From assembly GCF_006345805.1 (NCBI RefSeq), contig NW_021827673.1:1-9984 (forward strand): DNA of 9,984 bases, read 5' to 3'. Under the pieces are notes generated by a model. The model was not told the origin of the DNA. It did not search any database and saw only the letters and a program-made list of their open reading frames with translations. This document shows positions 7,929 through 9,984 of the stretch, one piece after another (the first letter of the stretch is position 1; each line of letters starts with the position of its first letter). The translations under genes were made by a program, and so were the position numbers. This stretch comes from Octopus sinensis (taxonomy: Eukaryota).

Positions 7929-8465
7929 TGTGTGTGTGTGTGTGTATGTGTGTGTGTACGTGTGTGTGTGTGTGTGTGTGTGTGATGGGGACGTGGGAAT
8001 ATGAGGACATGAGGGGCATGGAGGGTAGGGCGTGGTGGGATGACGTATATGGAAGGGCGTGTGCTTATGTGTGTGTGTGTTTATGAGAAGGTGTGTGTAA
8101 ATATATGTGTGTGTGTGTGTGAGTACATATATGTGTATATCTCATACATATATATATGTATATGTGCGTGTGTGTGTGAGTGTATATATGTGTAAATTAC
8201 ATATATATACATAGGTATATGTGTATGTGTGTGTGAGTACATATATATGTATATCGCATACATATATATGTGCGAGTGTGCGTGAGTGTATATATGTGCG
8301 TGTGTGTGCGTGAGTGTATATATGTGTGTATTACATAGATATACATGTGTATGTGTGTGCACTATATTGACTGTAAGGATAATTATTGATATATCTTTAT
8401 GTATGTATATGTGTATGTATATGTGTGTGTGATGTGTGGGTGTGTGTGTGTGTGTGTGCGTGTGT
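7929..8465. repeat. (TG)n/(TA)n compound microsatellite with a higher-order duplicated unit
   Basis: gtgagtacatatat..gtatatc.catacatatatat recurs at ~8119 and ~8233; gtgagtgtatatatgtg occurs three times. Confidence 0.9.
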
Positions 8466-9084
8466 AAATGTATTGATAGGAATATAAGTAATGTGTGTAT
8501 ATACCCATAGATAAATACATTTCTAGATCATATATGTACACGCAGATACGTTCATGTCTATATGTGGTTGTATACGCATATGAGTGTACGCGCGCACATG
8601 TATGGAGAGAAATAGGAAATGGCTAATATACATATCGTTATATAATATACATATGTCACACAAGAAAATAACATGTATACATGTACACATGGGAATACAT
8701 GCATTTTACATGACTGCTTACACACAGCCAATCACACCAATATACGCATATACATATACCATAACTCATATACGCACATATACACGCACACGTACAAATA
8801 CATACTTACATATATATATACCCTGAGCCCATATAGGGATTCGCATTAATGCTGCAAACAGCCCATCAAATTAATTATATCTATGTATTGTTTCCTTTCC
8901 TGTGTATACAATATATATGTATGTTGATACGCTTCGTTTTATGTATGTTTAAATCGTTTTCATCCGATGAAGTTGTAAAATGCTTGCTAATTAATAAGTT
9001 ATATACATATAATTATATTTTAATCAATGGTTACACACACAGACAAGCATGTAGTGTTGCGTGTACGAAAATATTTGCACATTT

Positions 9085-9181
9085 GTATATGAATATATAT
9101 ATGTATGTATGTATACATATATATATAAATATGCCTGTTTAATTACATACATACATATATATATATATACAGATATATCCA

Positions 9182-9240
<59 letters not shown>

Positions 9241-9574
9241 GGATATATCTGTATGTGTGTACGTGCGTTTCTGTGTGTTCTGTGTGTGTCTGTGTGTCCG
9301 TGGGGGACGGGGTGCCGACAGATTCAAACCAGAAATACTCCGAGTTTCACATGTGGCTCAATAAAGCAATGCCTGAATGCTCGTCACGCGTGAAACTCCG
9401 AGTAGCTATGGAGTGATCATTGGATTTATGTATATATATATATAAACATACATTTATGCATATATATATATATATATATATTATATATACACACACGTAC
9501 ACACTCATTTATATATATATTTGAAGGTATTCATTAATGCACGTGCGATCACACGCAATTGTATATATATATAC

Positions 9575-9639
<65 letters not shown>

Positions 9640-9984
9640 GATGCATAATGCCTGCATATGCACCTGCTTATCTACCTCCTTACATACATCCTGTATGTGC
9701 ACATGGATACATATATTCTAGCATGCATTCATATATACATATACATACATATACATACATATATATATATATGATTATATAATATAAATATATATATATA
9801 TACATATGTGTGTGTGTATATGCATGTATGTATATATGTATATATATATATTATATGTACATTTTCTACAAACATATGTATGTAGTATGTATGTGTGTGT
9901 GTGTGTATGCATGTATGTATGTATGTATGCATTTATGTATGAATACACGTGCGTGCATGCATACTTACAGACATACGCGAATGC
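9085..9984. repeat. (TA)n/(TATG)n/(TG)n microsatellite field with a complex-sequence island at 9298-9425
   Basis: Read directly. Confidence 0.92.

Noticed and set aside
8959-8971. ttcatccgatgaa palindrome
   Set aside because: A 5-bp stem expected by chance, with no accompanying motif.
8081-9932. Multiple Y/I/H/T-rich ORFs
   Set aside because: Microsatellite translations.

Overview
Eukaryotic, AT- and microsatellite-rich non-coding DNA with no intact protein-coding gene. From memory the SINE families resemble those of Octopus (inference, not database-checked). The supplied ORFs are almost all microsatellite or SINE read-throughs; two (1827..2036 - and 2112..2348 +) are pieces of a dead RTE-type reverse transcriptase. 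Contents in order: a decayed Tc1/mariner 3' end (1-229); a perfect 16-bp quasi-palindromic tandem array (261-480); three copies of one tRNA-derived SINE with an internal microsatellite (534-1037 +, 4504-5075 +, 5087-5544 -, the last two tail-to-tail); an RTE LINE with an inverted 5' part in twin-priming geometry (1316-2536); an AT-rich, (TA)n-bounded region carrying a minimal hammerhead-ribozyme-like motif with a very long stem II (4147-4241 -); a 141-bp mariner MITE nested inside a SINE; and two further tRNA SINEs (one with a 13-bp TSD) inserted into a cryptic degenerate repeat. The most interesting items are the hammerhead-like motif and the inverted RTE insertion.
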